Below are positions 53,339-61,558 of a DNA stretch of 64,000 nt, in pieces. The notes below the pieces were generated by a model. It saw only the letters and a list, made by a program, of their open reading frames with translations. It searched no databases and was not told where the DNA came from. The first letter of the stretch is position 1. Every line of letters begins with the position of its first letter. Position numbers and translations under genes: made by a program. The stretch lies in contig OZ246406.1 of NCBI GenBank assembly GCA_965231045.1, positions 514,208 through 578,207 on the forward strand, in the 5' to 3' direction. The DNA is from an uncultured Candidatus Saccharibacteria bacterium. Its GTDB lineage: Bacteria; Patescibacteriota; Saccharimonadia; Saccharimonadales; JAGQNJ01.

Positions 53339-53737
53339 TTACTTTTTAAGCACCCCTGCTGGATCAACAATAAATTCATGACGCTTCAAAAATCTACGAC
53401 CAATAAGTACTGGGTATTTCATGTGTGAGCGATTAGCGAGTGTAATGCGGATTCTGTAAGCTTCTTTCTTAATAACTATGTCGGTCAATATAGAAAATCG
53501 TTGCTCTTCTGTGCCGTTTGAACTTCTAACTATAAGAACCCTGAATCGATTAGTAGAGTAATGCTTGTCGGTTCCGTGAATTTTGAAGTATAAGTGCTGA
53601 ATGCCGTTTTCCTCTTTGATAAACATTTCATCACAAAAAAGAGAGCCTGAATAAGCCCCAGTATCAACTTTTGCTCGCATCTCGAGGTTATCAAATTGCG
53701 GAAAAGTAACTTTAACTAGTGATCCGACTGTTCGCAT
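53339..53737 (-). CDS. Retropepsin-like aspartic protease of the RimK-associated type (annotated in databases as putative ATP-dependent zinc protease; RimB-like)
   Basis: 132 aa with KVDTGAYSGS (a D-T/S-G signature) and a ..PVLIGRRFL.. tail typical of the family found next to rimK. Confidence 0.7.
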   Translation of the reverse strand: MRTVGSLVKVTFPQFDNLEMRAKVDTGAYSGSLFCDEMFIKEENGIQHLYFKIHGTDKHYSTNRFRVLIVRSSNGTEEQRFSILTDIVIKKEAYRIRITLANRSHMKYPVLIGRRFLKRHEFIVDPAGVLKK

Positions 53738-53775
53738 GTGTTTATTATACCATATATTAAGTATTTATACAATGT

Positions 53776-53889
53776 TTAATGAGCTGCTCTGACTCTTAAG
53801 TAAACAAGCACAATTGCGGCTACAATCAGTACAATTAATAAAATAATCATTGGTATAAAGCCTTTTTGGTTTTGCTTAAGCTTCTTCAT
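53776..53889 (-). CDS. Possible 37-aa single-helix membrane peptide
   Basis: Hand translation: MKKLKQNQKGFIPMIILLIVLIVAAIVLVYLRVRAAH*. No clear SD. It lies between the GGDEF gene and the protease gene. Confidence 0.3.
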   Translation of the reverse strand: MKKLKQNQKGFIPMIILLIVLIVAAIVLVYLRVRAAH

Positions 53890-53943
53890 GTTTTTACTCT
53901 AATCTATTGGGCCAAAATTGTATACCTTACCCACTCAACATTT

Positions 53944-54858
53944 TTAAATACGACTATCTTTAAAATCAATTCCTTGCTCTTTAAGAAGTGCTCTTCGTTC
54001 ATTTTTGGCTGTGATCATGTCCCTGTCGACTCGACTGACAAACTCCTGCCAGGTTTCGCCGGGTGTAAGAACACCCCCTGCTATGCTAATACCTAAACCT
54101 AATTCATCAACGGGCAACCCAGCGCCTCGGTATGCGGAAACAATTGTTTCTTGAATAACCTGGGCACGAATATCAATATATTTATCTGGGGGAATATTTT
54201 CAGGGGACTTAAAATTCTGGAGTACGACCACAAACTCATCACCACCATACCTATATATAAGATCAATACCCGAACGAACTTGATCTTGCAGTTTTGCACC
54301 AGTAAGTGAAAGTACCTCGTCACCTTTTGCATGAGAAACGTTATCATTTAAACGCTTAAATCCATCTAGATCTGCAAATAATATCGCCAGAGGTTGTTGC
54401 CTATTAAGTGCTGCCTCTACCATCTCAGGAAACTCAGCACTAAAGGCGTTTCTATTACGGGCTTGGGTCAACAAGTCTATACGGCTTTCGTGACGTAATC
54501 TTTCGGTTAGGCGTGCATCCAGTTTGCGTTGCATTTTATGTGTATCATGAAGTTCGTCAATTTGAGCATGAAGTTCGTTTGCATGATCAACAAGTTCTTG
54601 TTTTTCTGCTGCATTAGTTACGGCATTACCGGCTAGAATTCGTCGAAAGGTACGACCTTCAACAGTATTAACTCTTTTGGTCGGGTCAAAAATAACATCG
54701 TTATTTTCGCCCTGCAAATGCCCACCTTCGCTTACTGGCTTTAATGAGTCTTCAGGATAATCAGCAAATATTCGGTTCGCAGCGTCAGAAGCATCATGGA
54801 TTAAAGCATCCTCGTCTGGATGCCCATCATGGCTTTGATTTAATTCCGCTTTATTCAT
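53944..54858 (-). CDS. GGDEF-domain diguanylate cyclase with an N-terminal coiled-coil region
   Basis: LAILFADLDGFKRLND..GD..L, and RYGGDEFVVVL with an intact GGDEF. The track start (TTG at 54924) overlaps dnaJ, so the ATG at 54858 (MNKAELNQ) is preferred. No canonical RxxD I-site lies 5 residues upstream (the sequence is RSGID). Confidence 0.8.
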   Translation of the reverse strand: MNKAELNQSHDGHPDEDALIHDASDAANRIFADYPEDSLKPVSEGGHLQGENNDVIFDPTKRVNTVEGRTFRRILAGNAVTNAAEKQELVDHANELHAQIDELHDTHKMQRKLDARLTERLRHESRIDLLTQARNRNAFSAEFPEMVEAALNRQQPLAILFADLDGFKRLNDNVSHAKGDEVLSLTGAKLQDQVRSGIDLIYRYGGDEFVVVLQNFKSPENIPPDKYIDIRAQVIQETIVSAYRGAGLPVDELGLGISIAGGVLTPGETWQEFVSRVDRDMITAKNERRALLKEQGIDFKDSRI

Positions 54859-54914
54859 GTTTATTGTTTTCTCTATCTGTATGTATAGTAACCGCCGTAA
54901 GGGATGTGTGCAAG

Positions 54915-56009
54915 TTATTGCCAAAAGCCTTTGTGCTTTTCGAACTCTTCTAGTATCTCGCGTTGTCGCTTACTAAGTTTTTGTGGAATATCAACAATGA
55001 CCGTAACAATATGAGCCCCCCTAGACTTTGATCTTAGATGCGGGACACCATGTCCAGATAATTTAAAGTCCGTTCCACTCTGTGTACCACTTGGTATTTT
55101 GATTGTTATAGGGCCGTCAACCGTATCAACCTCTTTTTCACTACCAAGTGCCGCATCAATCATGCTGACGTGTTCTTCACTAAGTATCAAATCACCTTCG
55201 CGAGTAAATTTCTTGTGTGGTTTTACACGTATATTTACATAAAGATCACCCTTAGGACCATTAGCCACAGCCTCGCCACGTTCACGCAAGCGAATCGTTG
55301 CACCATCATCAATTCCGGCAGGAACCTTGAGTTTAATTTCTTGTTTCTTTGGTTGAACGCCTTTGCCATGGCAAACTGAACAAACCTTTTCTGGAATCTT
55401 ACCTTTGCCCCGGCAAGTACTACAAACCACTGCTTGTTGAATATTACCGAAGACTGTACGCGTAACTGTCATTACTTGGCCCGAACCTTTGCATGTTTCA
55501 CAAGTCTTAAGTTCATAGCCTGGCTCAGTTGTCGTGCCCTTGCAGTGTTCACAGTTATCCTCAATGTTGAGTGATAGGTCAATGTCAGTTCCAAAAACAG
55601 CTTGTTCGAAAGTTAGATCAACGTTTGTTTGAACATCGTGCCCACGGGATTGTCTTTGGCCACGTTGACCACCAGCACCACCAAAAAAACTACTAAAAAT
55701 ATCGCCAAGGCCTAGATCACCAAAATCGAAGTGGACATTTTGCCCTTGGCCACCAAAGCCAGCAAACGGGTCACCGCCATCACTTGCGGCGCTACTACCA
55801 ACACCCGCGTGACCAAACTGATCGTAACGCTGACGTTTACGCTCATCTTTCAACACTTCGTACGCTTCGTTTATTTCTTTAAATTTGGCCTCGTCGCCAC
55901 CTTTATCTGGGTGATGTTCAATAGCCGCCTTGCGAAATGCTTTTTTGATTTCATCAGGGCTAGCACTTTTACCTACGCCTAGTACTTCATAATAATCACG
56001 CTTGCTCAT
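54915..56009 (-). CDS. dnaJ: Chaperone DnaJ (type I: J domain, G/F region, four CxxCxGxG zinc-finger repeats)
   Basis: HPDK J-domain motif, a GG/F-rich linker, and CEHCKGTT, CETCKGSG, CSTCRGKG, CSVCHGKG. Confidence 0.96.
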   Translation of the reverse strand: MSKRDYYEVLGVGKSASPDEIKKAFRKAAIEHHPDKGGDEAKFKEINEAYEVLKDERKRQRYDQFGHAGVGSSAASDGGDPFAGFGGQGQNVHFDFGDLGLGDIFSSFFGGAGGQRGQRQSRGHDVQTNVDLTFEQAVFGTDIDLSLNIEDNCEHCKGTTTEPGYELKTCETCKGSGQVMTVTRTVFGNIQQAVVCSTCRGKGKIPEKVCSVCHGKGVQPKKQEIKLKVPAGIDDGATIRLRERGEAVANGPKGDLYVNIRVKPHKKFTREGDLILSEEHVSMIDAALGSEKEVDTVDGPITIKIPSGTQSGTDFKLSGHGVPHLRSKSRGAHIVTVIVDIPQKLSKRQREILEEFEKHKGFWQ

Positions 56010-56250
56010 AGGGATCTCCGTTATTCATCGAATGGCTTATACGCAATGCCTTTAGAACTTCTTCTGGTGAGAGATCAAATTCGCTACCAACATGTGCTAA
56101 TCGCTCGGCAACTTCTTCTATATCTGTAAATTCATACTTACGAAAATCCGTAATATAAGGATGTTCTGCGGCATGTTCAACCGGATCAACTCTGTTTGAG
56201 ACGTATGCGATCCCAAGACATTCTACATTTGTTTGAATAATATCAGCCAT
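55996..56250 (-). CDS. Small acidic hypothetical protein
   Basis: 84-aa ORF in the heat-shock unit. It overlaps the dnaJ start by 14 nt and the upstream gene by 8 nt. Confidence 0.45.
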   Translation of the reverse strand: MADIIQTNVECLGIAYVSNRVDPVEHAAEHPYITDFRKYEFTDIEEVAERLAHVGSEFDLSPEEVLKALRISHSMNNGDPYEQA

Positions 56251-56512
56251 ATATCAATATTCCTATAACAACGCTTAGTTGCAATGTGAACCATAAAATT
56301 TGCGTTATCCATACTGGTTTTAAATTATGTGCCAGGCCATAAGCCAGAAATGCCAGACCAAGAATACAGTAACCCGCCCAAGTAATTATTGATAGTCCTG
56401 AGACACTATGGGTTGAGTAGACTTTCCATACTTGCGGTACGGTCATTAATGGCTGTAAAACACCTGCAATTAAGGCAATCTTCTCAGTTGTTTTTTTATA
56501 ATCTTTAGCCAT
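56243..56512 (-). CDS. SemiSWEET (PQ-loop) three-helix transporter
   Basis: From MAKDYKK: IALIAGVLQPLMTVPQVWKVYSTHSVSGLSIITW.. carries the PQ-loop motif followed by K..S..G.S. About 89 aa with 3 TM helices. The track ORF extends to 56608, but the ATG at 56512 fits the family length. Confidence 0.65.
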   Translation of the reverse strand: MAKDYKKTTEKIALIAGVLQPLMTVPQVWKVYSTHSVSGLSIITWAGYCILGLAFLAYGLAHNLKPVWITQILWFTLQLSVVIGILIYG

Positions 56513-56759
56513 TATTTTCTCCAAGTAATTCTTGATCAAGTGCATTAATAATAGCATTAGCGCCCATTTCCGGATCAATGTCATACGCATTCTGAATGGC
56601 CATAGCAACCTTTATTGCACGTGAGGCGATGTAGGGTACTGGCTCATCGGCTAGTGAGGCAGTCTGGTCGATCATAAACTTATAAGCTTTCAGGCCTTGA
56701 TCCCTACCAAATGCTTCGCTTGGATTTAGATCTCCCGACAATGCATCTGGTGTAAGCAT
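56505..56759 (-). CDS. Small acidic hypothetical protein
   Basis: 84-aa ORF, tightly packed (1-nt junction with the SRPBCC gene). Confidence 0.45.
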   Translation of the reverse strand: MLTPDALSGDLNPSEAFGRDQGLKAYKFMIDQTASLADEPVPYIASRAIKVAMAIQNAYDIDPEMGANAIINALDQELLGENNG

Positions 56760-57193
56760 TATTTCTTGCCTTCTACATATTTTTTAACGGCTTTATGCTG
56801 ATCAGGTAATGTGTCGGCGATTTGTTTTTGAAAAAATTTCTTGGCAAACAGGTTGGCAAATGGACCCGTTGCTACGACTTCTTCTTCAAACAGTATTTTA
56901 TTACCTTTTGGCACTAAACGCTTAGTCAAAGTTAATGCCCCGAAAGGCAAGCCAGATTTTGTCACAACTTCGTGGTTTGATTCGTCAACTTTTGTTACTT
57001 TGAAACCAAAGGCACCTGGAGAATCTTCAGTTTTCATCTTACCTTTTATTCCAACATCCAGCTTATCAACCGGAAAGATAACTTCTCGGTAGTGCTTTGG
57101 ATCAGCCTTAGCCCAAAACTTTGGCGTTATCAATAATTCCCAAGCTTTGTTTATTGAACCATCGATTATTGAGCTATGTTCTGTTTTCCACAT
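56759..57193 (-). CDS. SRPBCC (START/polyketide-cyclase-like) ligand-binding domain protein
   Basis: 144 aa. The pattern ..INKAWELLITPKFWAK.. is typical of SRPBCC family N-termini. Beta-rich middle and a C-terminal helix. Confidence 0.6.
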   Translation of the reverse strand: MWKTEHSSIIDGSINKAWELLITPKFWAKADPKHYREVIFPVDKLDVGIKGKMKTEDSPGAFGFKVTKVDESNHEVVTKSGLPFGALTLTKRLVPKGNKILFEEEVVATGPFANLFAKKFFQKQIADTLPDQHKAVKKYVEGKK

Positions 57194-57206
57194 TTAGTTA
57201 GTCTTT

Positions 57207-57467
57207 CTATTTATCTTCTGTCTCAGCTATTGATCCATCACGACCTTCTTGAAGTTCAGCAAGTTTGGCTTCCACCCGACTTACGTAGTCATCAACATCT
57301 CTAGCACGACCTGCTGCTTCAGCACGTGTAAGTCTCATGCCCGATCCTTTCATTATATCGTCAACTCTTTGCTCAAATTCTGGATCGTAGCCTTGGCTTA
57401 CAAGAGCTTGGTCGGCGTGTGGTCTTATTTCTGGAGAACCGCCATCAAGACCCTCAGCGCCTGGCAT
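57207..57467 (-). CDS. Small acidic hypothetical protein
   Basis: 86-aa ORF directly abutting the dnaK stop. Confidence 0.45.
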   Translation of the reverse strand: MPGAEGLDGGSPEIRPHADQALVSQGYDPEFEQRVDDIMKGSGMRLTRAEAAGRARDVDDYVSRVEAKLAELQEGRDGSIAETEDK

Positions 57468-59368
57468 TACTTTTCTTCCTTGTCTTTATCGTCGACGACT
57501 TCGCCCTCCACCGGTTCGTCTTTGGCTTCTGTTTTTTCTTCGCCGTCTTCACTTGGCTTCTCGGCAGATTCGTACATCTTGGCACCAATCGGCATGATTT
57601 TGTCATTAAGCTCTTTGGCCGCAGCTTCAAGGGCTTCCTTGTCTGACTTCTCATCGGCCACAACTTTTTTAGCTGCTTCAACGGCCTCGTCTAGAGTCTT
57701 GGCGTCTTCTTCACTAATCTTGTCCTTGTTATCGTTCTTGAGTTTTTCAGCTTGGTATATTGCACTATCCAGCTGATTTCGGACTTCGATTGCCTCACGC
57801 TTTTTCTTGTCTTCATCAGCATGAGCTTCAGCTTCTTTGGCAGCTTTTTCAATATCTTCTTTGCTCAAATTACCACTGTTTTGGATAGTAATACTTTGCT
57901 CTTTGCCGGTACCTTTGTCCTTAGCAGTCACGTTCAAAATACCATTGGCATCAAGGTTAAATGTTACCTCGATTTGTGGTACACCGCGCGGTGCTGGTGG
58001 AATACCATCAAGTACAAAGCGACCCAGGCTCTTGTTGTCGGTAACCATTTCGCGCTCACCTTGAACTACGTGAATTTCAACTTGATTCTGATTATCGGCT
58101 GCCGTTGAGAACACTTCACTCTTGCTAGTTGGAATAGTTGTATTGCGCTCAATCAACTTAGTCGCAACTCCACCAAGCGTCTCAATACCAAGACTTAGTG
58201 GTGTAACGTCTAGTAGCAAAACGTCTTTGACGTCACCTTGTAGAACTCCACCTTGAATAGCAGCACCAACGGCTACTACTTCGTCTGGGTTTACACCTTG
58301 TTTTGGATCTTTACCAAAAATTTTCTTAACTTTCTCGATCACGGCTGGCATACGAGTCATACCACCAACCAAGATTACTTCGTTTATGTCCTTGGCCTCT
58401 AGCTTGGCATCTTTCAAAGCTTTTTTGCATGGATCTTCGGTCTTATCGATCATGTCCTGAACAAGTTCAACAAGTTTAGCACGAGTAAGTTTGTACTCGA
58501 AGTGCTTTGGACCTTCTGCATCAGCCGTCAAGAATGGCAGGTTAATATCGGCAACTTCAGTTGTTGAAAGTTCCTTCTTGGCTTTTTCGGCCTCTTCTTT
58601 AAGTCGCTGCATAGCGGCTTTGTCTTTCTTGATGTCAATGCCGTGTTCACTCTTGAACTCATCAACAAAGTGATTAACGATCTTGAGGTCAAAATCTTCA
58701 CCACCAAGATGCGTATCACCATTGGTTGCAAGCACTTCAAAGACACCATCGCCTAACTGCAGAATTGAAACATCGAACGTTCCACCACCAAGGTCGAAAA
58801 CAGCAATCTTTTCTTCCTTACCTTTATCAAGTCCGTAAGCAAGTGCGGCTGCGGTTGGCTCATTAATGATTCGCTTCACTTCAAGCCCGGCAATTTTACC
58901 AGCATCTTTAGTTGCTTGGCGCTGAGCATCATCAAAGTAAGCCGGCACGGTAATTACCGCCTCAGTTACTGGTTCACCCAAGAACGCTTCGGCATCAGTT
59001 TTGAGTTTTCCAAGAATCATGGCGCTGACTTCTTCTGGGCTGTATTCCTTATCGCCCATTTTGACCTTAACGCCATTGCCACTCTTAACGATTTCGTATG
59101 GCATAAGTTCAATATCTTTTTGAACTTCTTTGTCATTAAACTTGCGGCCAATCAATCGTTTAACACCAAAGATTGTGTTTGTAGCATTGGTAACACGTTG
59201 ACGGTTAGCCACTTGGCCAACCAAGCGTTCACCGTTTTTATTGATCGCAACTACACTTGGCGTTGTACGATTACCCTCACTGTTGGCAATAATCTCAGGT
59301 TTACCTGATTGCATTACTGCCATTGCAGAGTTTGTTGTTCCTAAATCAATTCCAATAATTTTTCCCAT
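57467..59368 (-). CDS. dnaK: Chaperone DnaK (Hsp70)
   Basis: [28 protein letters not shown], and an acidic EEK tail. Confidence 0.98.
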   Translation of the reverse strand: MGKIIGIDLGTTNSAMAVMQSGKPEIIANSEGNRTTPSVVAINKNGERLVGQVANRQRVTNATNTIFGVKRLIGRKFNDKEVQKDIELMPYEIVKSGNGVKVKMGDKEYSPEEVSAMILGKLKTDAEAFLGEPVTEAVITVPAYFDDAQRQATKDAGKIAGLEVKRIINEPTAAALAYGLDKGKEEKIAVFDLGGGTFDVSILQLGDGVFEVLATNGDTHLGGEDFDLKIVNHFVDEFKSEHGIDIKKDKAAMQRLKEEAEKAKKELSTTEVADINLPFLTADAEGPKHFEYKLTRAKLVELVQDMIDKTEDPCKKALKDAKLEAKDINEVILVGGMTRMPAVIEKVKKIFGKDPKQGVNPDEVVAVGAAIQGGVLQGDVKDVLLLDVTPLSLGIETLGGVATKLIERNTTIPTSKSEVFSTAADNQNQVEIHVVQGEREMVTDNKSLGRFVLDGIPPAPRGVPQIEVTFNLDANGILNVTAKDKGTGKEQSITIQNSGNLSKEDIEKAAKEAEAHADEDKKKREAIEVRNQLDSAIYQAEKLKNDNKDKISEEDAKTLDEAVEAAKKVVADEKSDKEALEAAAKELNDKIMPIGAKMYESAEKPSEDGEEKTEAKDEPVEGEVVDDKDKEEK

Positions 59369-59371
59369 TTA

Positions 59372-59596
59372 TTATTCTCCTTCCCCTTCAACTGCTAAAC
59401 CCATTCCAACAAAAGCATCATCAATAGCATCATCAATCCTACGCAGTGCTGCAGATGGTACAGTAATAGTTTTCCTATAATCTTCTGGCTTATCCTCAAA
59501 CTTTGGAAGTTGGAAGCCTGCCTTTTGCAAGGCGTCACCTTCTTGGTTTACAAGTGTCTCCATATCTTGTCGACTATTTGCGTGATATTGTGTCAT
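59372..59596 (-). CDS. Small acidic hypothetical protein
   Basis: 74-aa ORF between grpE and dnaK, 3 nt from the dnaK start. Confidence 0.45.
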   Translation of the reverse strand: MTQYHANSRQDMETLVNQEGDALQKAGFQLPKFEDKPEDYRKTITVPSAALRRIDDAIDDAFVGMGLAVEGEGE

Positions 59597-59608
59597 ATTA
59601 TTTCTCCT

Positions 59609-59836
59609 TTAACTTACTCTTTTTCTCGAATTAACTTCTTTATCAGATGGTCCTAAAATTACCTTAAAAAGTAATATCATCCCCTGGACGATCATCGATA
59701 AACCGATTATCAGCCCAATAGATGCCTGGCCCCATTTAAAATGTCCGTAACTGCCAAACGCCCCCATAAACCAACCAAACCACGAAACAATTATGCCGCC
59801 AGCAATCAATAATATAGCTCCAATAAAGCGTGTCAT
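59609..59836 (-). CDS. Small two-helix membrane protein
   Basis: 75 aa: [28 protein letters not shown].. Its start overlaps the grpE stop codon by 1 nt (both at 59836). Confidence 0.5.
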   Translation of the reverse strand: MTRFIGAILLIAGGIIVSWFGWFMGAFGSYGHFKWGQASIGLIIGLSMIVQGMILLFKVILGPSDKEVNSRKRVS

Positions 59837-60303
59837 TATTTATTACTCTCCATTTTTACTTTAACCATGGCATGCCGGATAACTTCGCCATCAACGACGT
59901 AGCCTGGTTGAAGTTCCTCGCAAACAATTTCAACCTCACCGTCACCATCTTCCATGCCAACTGCCTCATGTAAGGCAGGGTCAAACACTTCGCCAGTCGT
60001 TTTGATCTTGGTCACACCAAGGTCGCCTAAGACTTTGTCGAACTGCTTGACTGTGCCTTCCACGCCTTTTACATAATCATTGCCGATCAATTCTTTGGGG
60101 ACATGTTTCAGCGCCCGTTCCAAGTTATCAATCGCTGGCAAAAGCTCACGAATAACTTTAGCTTTTACTAAATTCTGCAGTTGGGCATATTGTTCATCAT
60201 GACGTCGACGAATATTCTCAGCATCAGCACGTTCACGTTGCAAAGCTTCGGTCAGCTCGTCAATTCGATCAGCAAGCTCCTCAAGTGTTGGCTTTTTACT
60301 CAT
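59836..60303 (-). CDS. grpE: Nucleotide exchange factor GrpE
   Basis: The coiled-coil N-terminus ([12 protein letters not shown]) and the C-terminal beta domain (..FDPALHEAV.., ..V.EE.Q.GY...G.VIR.A.V.V) are both present. Confidence 0.93.
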   Translation of the reverse strand: MSKKPTLEELADRIDELTEALQRERADAENIRRRHDEQYAQLQNLVKAKVIRELLPAIDNLERALKHVPKELIGNDYVKGVEGTVKQFDKVLGDLGVTKIKTTGEVFDPALHEAVGMEDGDGEVEIVCEELQPGYVVDGEVIRHAMVKVKMESNK

Positions 60304-61016
60304 ACCAGCATCCTTTCGAGTGATTTACTTACATAGTCAACAAGTCCTATAACTTGGCTGTAATTCTGTCTGGTTGGTCCGATAACCGCAATAAACCCCT
60401 GGCCATCAGGAGTCTTTACTCTACCGATAATAGAACTCGCACCGGCAGATTGAAACATAGGGTTCTCCTGACCGATACAAACAGTCACGCGATTGTTGTC
60501 ATCATAAATTTGCTTAATAACTTCCGGCAAACTTTCGACCAAACGGGCGATTTCCAGCGCTTCAGGGCCACCAAAAAATTCGGGGTGACCAAGTAAGCCA
60601 GCTAAACCATACTGGTAAATACGATTGTTCCAAATGCCAATGCTAAAATTATCTGTTGTCACTGCTAAAGCATGAATAGCATTAGTAATTGCTTGCTCAA
60701 TTTCGCCAGAATCCTTAATCTGCCGCTCTATGGCGTATGCCTGTCTAGAAACTCTGTCATCATCATTCTGGCCCAAGCTGTTTACATAGTGACGATAACC
60801 CTTGTCGGTCGGTATACGACCAGCACTAGTGTGTGGCTGAGTTATAAAGCCTTTTCGCTCCAATTCGGCCATTTCCGACCGAATGGTCGCCGAGCTAACA
60901 TTAAAAACTTTAGCCAATAAACTAGAACCAACAGGGCTAGCAACTTCAGCATATTGCTCAACAATTGCCTGTAATATCTTTTCTTGACGTGGAGTTAAAA
61001 TGGCACTGTCACTCAT
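60300..61016 (-). CDS. hrcA: Heat-inducible repressor HrcA, short form
   Basis: [21 protein letters not shown]......SSATIR.EMA.LE..G...[16 protein letters not shown]. 238 aa against the usual length of roughly 340. A CIRCE operator lies immediately upstream. Confidence 0.88.
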   Translation of the reverse strand: MSDSAILTPRQEKILQAIVEQYAEVASPVGSSLLAKVFNVSSATIRSEMAELERKGFITQPHTSAGRIPTDKGYRHYVNSLGQNDDDRVSRQAYAIERQIKDSGEIEQAITNAIHALAVTTDNFSIGIWNNRIYQYGLAGLLGHPEFFGGPEALEIARLVESLPEVIKQIYDDNNRVTVCIGQENPMFQSAGASSIIGRVKTPDGQGFIAVIGPTRQNYSQVIGLVDYVSKSLERMLV

Positions 61017-61024
61017 ATAGTGCT

Positions 61025-61054
61025 AGTATAAACCACTTGGCACTCATGGGTCAA
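61025..61054 (-). promoter_or_regulatory. Putative hrcA promoter embedded in CIRCE (TTGACC-18 nt-TATACT), with a very short or absent leader
   Basis: The minus strand reads TTAGCACTCTTGACCCATGAGTGCCAAGTGGTTTATACTAGCACTATATG. The -35 lies in the CIRCE spacer, the -10 ends 8 nt before the ATG, and no SD is present. Confidence 0.4.
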
Positions 61055-61063
61055 GAGTGCTAA
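61037..61063. promoter_or_regulatory. CIRCE operator (HrcA binding site)
   Basis: TTGGCACTC-N9-GAGTGCTAA against the consensus TTAGCACTC-N9-GAGTGCTAA (one mismatch). It sits about 20 nt upstream of the hrcA start. Confidence 0.85.
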
Positions 61064-61509
61064 TTACCTTGTAGAGGAAGTTTTGAGATTGCACTTAGCG
61101 CCTCTGTTATAATGCGAGGGACACCAGCGTGTTCAGCCGTTCCGTAACTTTCTCCCAAATTTAGTGATGTTCCTTGCCATGGCGATCTGTCATCTGGATC
61201 TATATAAGCATTAACTGTAGCATTAAACATATCTGCAGAAACTTGTACACATATAGTTTTCCGGATGTCATCCGTCCCATCATCTTCCCAAATTTCAACT
61301 GTAGTGCATGCGTCATCGATGCTAGACGAAGAAGTCACATTTGCTGAAAAACGACTTCTGTACATGTCCGAATAAACTCCAGGTTGTAATTTTGCTACTT
61401 GGCTCGTAATTCTCCAGTGATAATATATTTGTCTTAATTTCCCAAGCTGTATGTGCCTTGCTGGTTCTATACTTTCTGGCCCACCTTCTGTAAATTTTTC
61501 AATTGTCAT
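61060..61509 (-). CDS. Hypothetical protein
   Basis: 149-aa ORF with no recognised motifs. Its stop codon lies inside the CIRCE element. Confidence 0.5.
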   Translation of the reverse strand: MTIEKFTEGGPESIEPARHIQLGKLRQIYYHWRITSQVAKLQPGVYSDMYRSRFSANVTSSSSIDDACTTVEIWEDDGTDDIRKTICVQVSADMFNATVNAYIDPDDRSPWQGTSLNLGESYGTAEHAGVPRIITEALSAISKLPLQGN

Positions 61510-61558
61510 ATATTAAAGCTACTCTTTGGTAGGCATGGATGCAAGCGCTAGCAGTTTA

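Noticed and set aside
56513-56608. Longer 121-aa version of the SemiSWEET ORF, starting at 56608.
   Set aside because: The extra 32 residues overlap the upstream 84-aa ORF extensively and are not part of the 3-TM PQ-loop architecture. The internal ATG at 56512 gives the expected length of about 89 aa.
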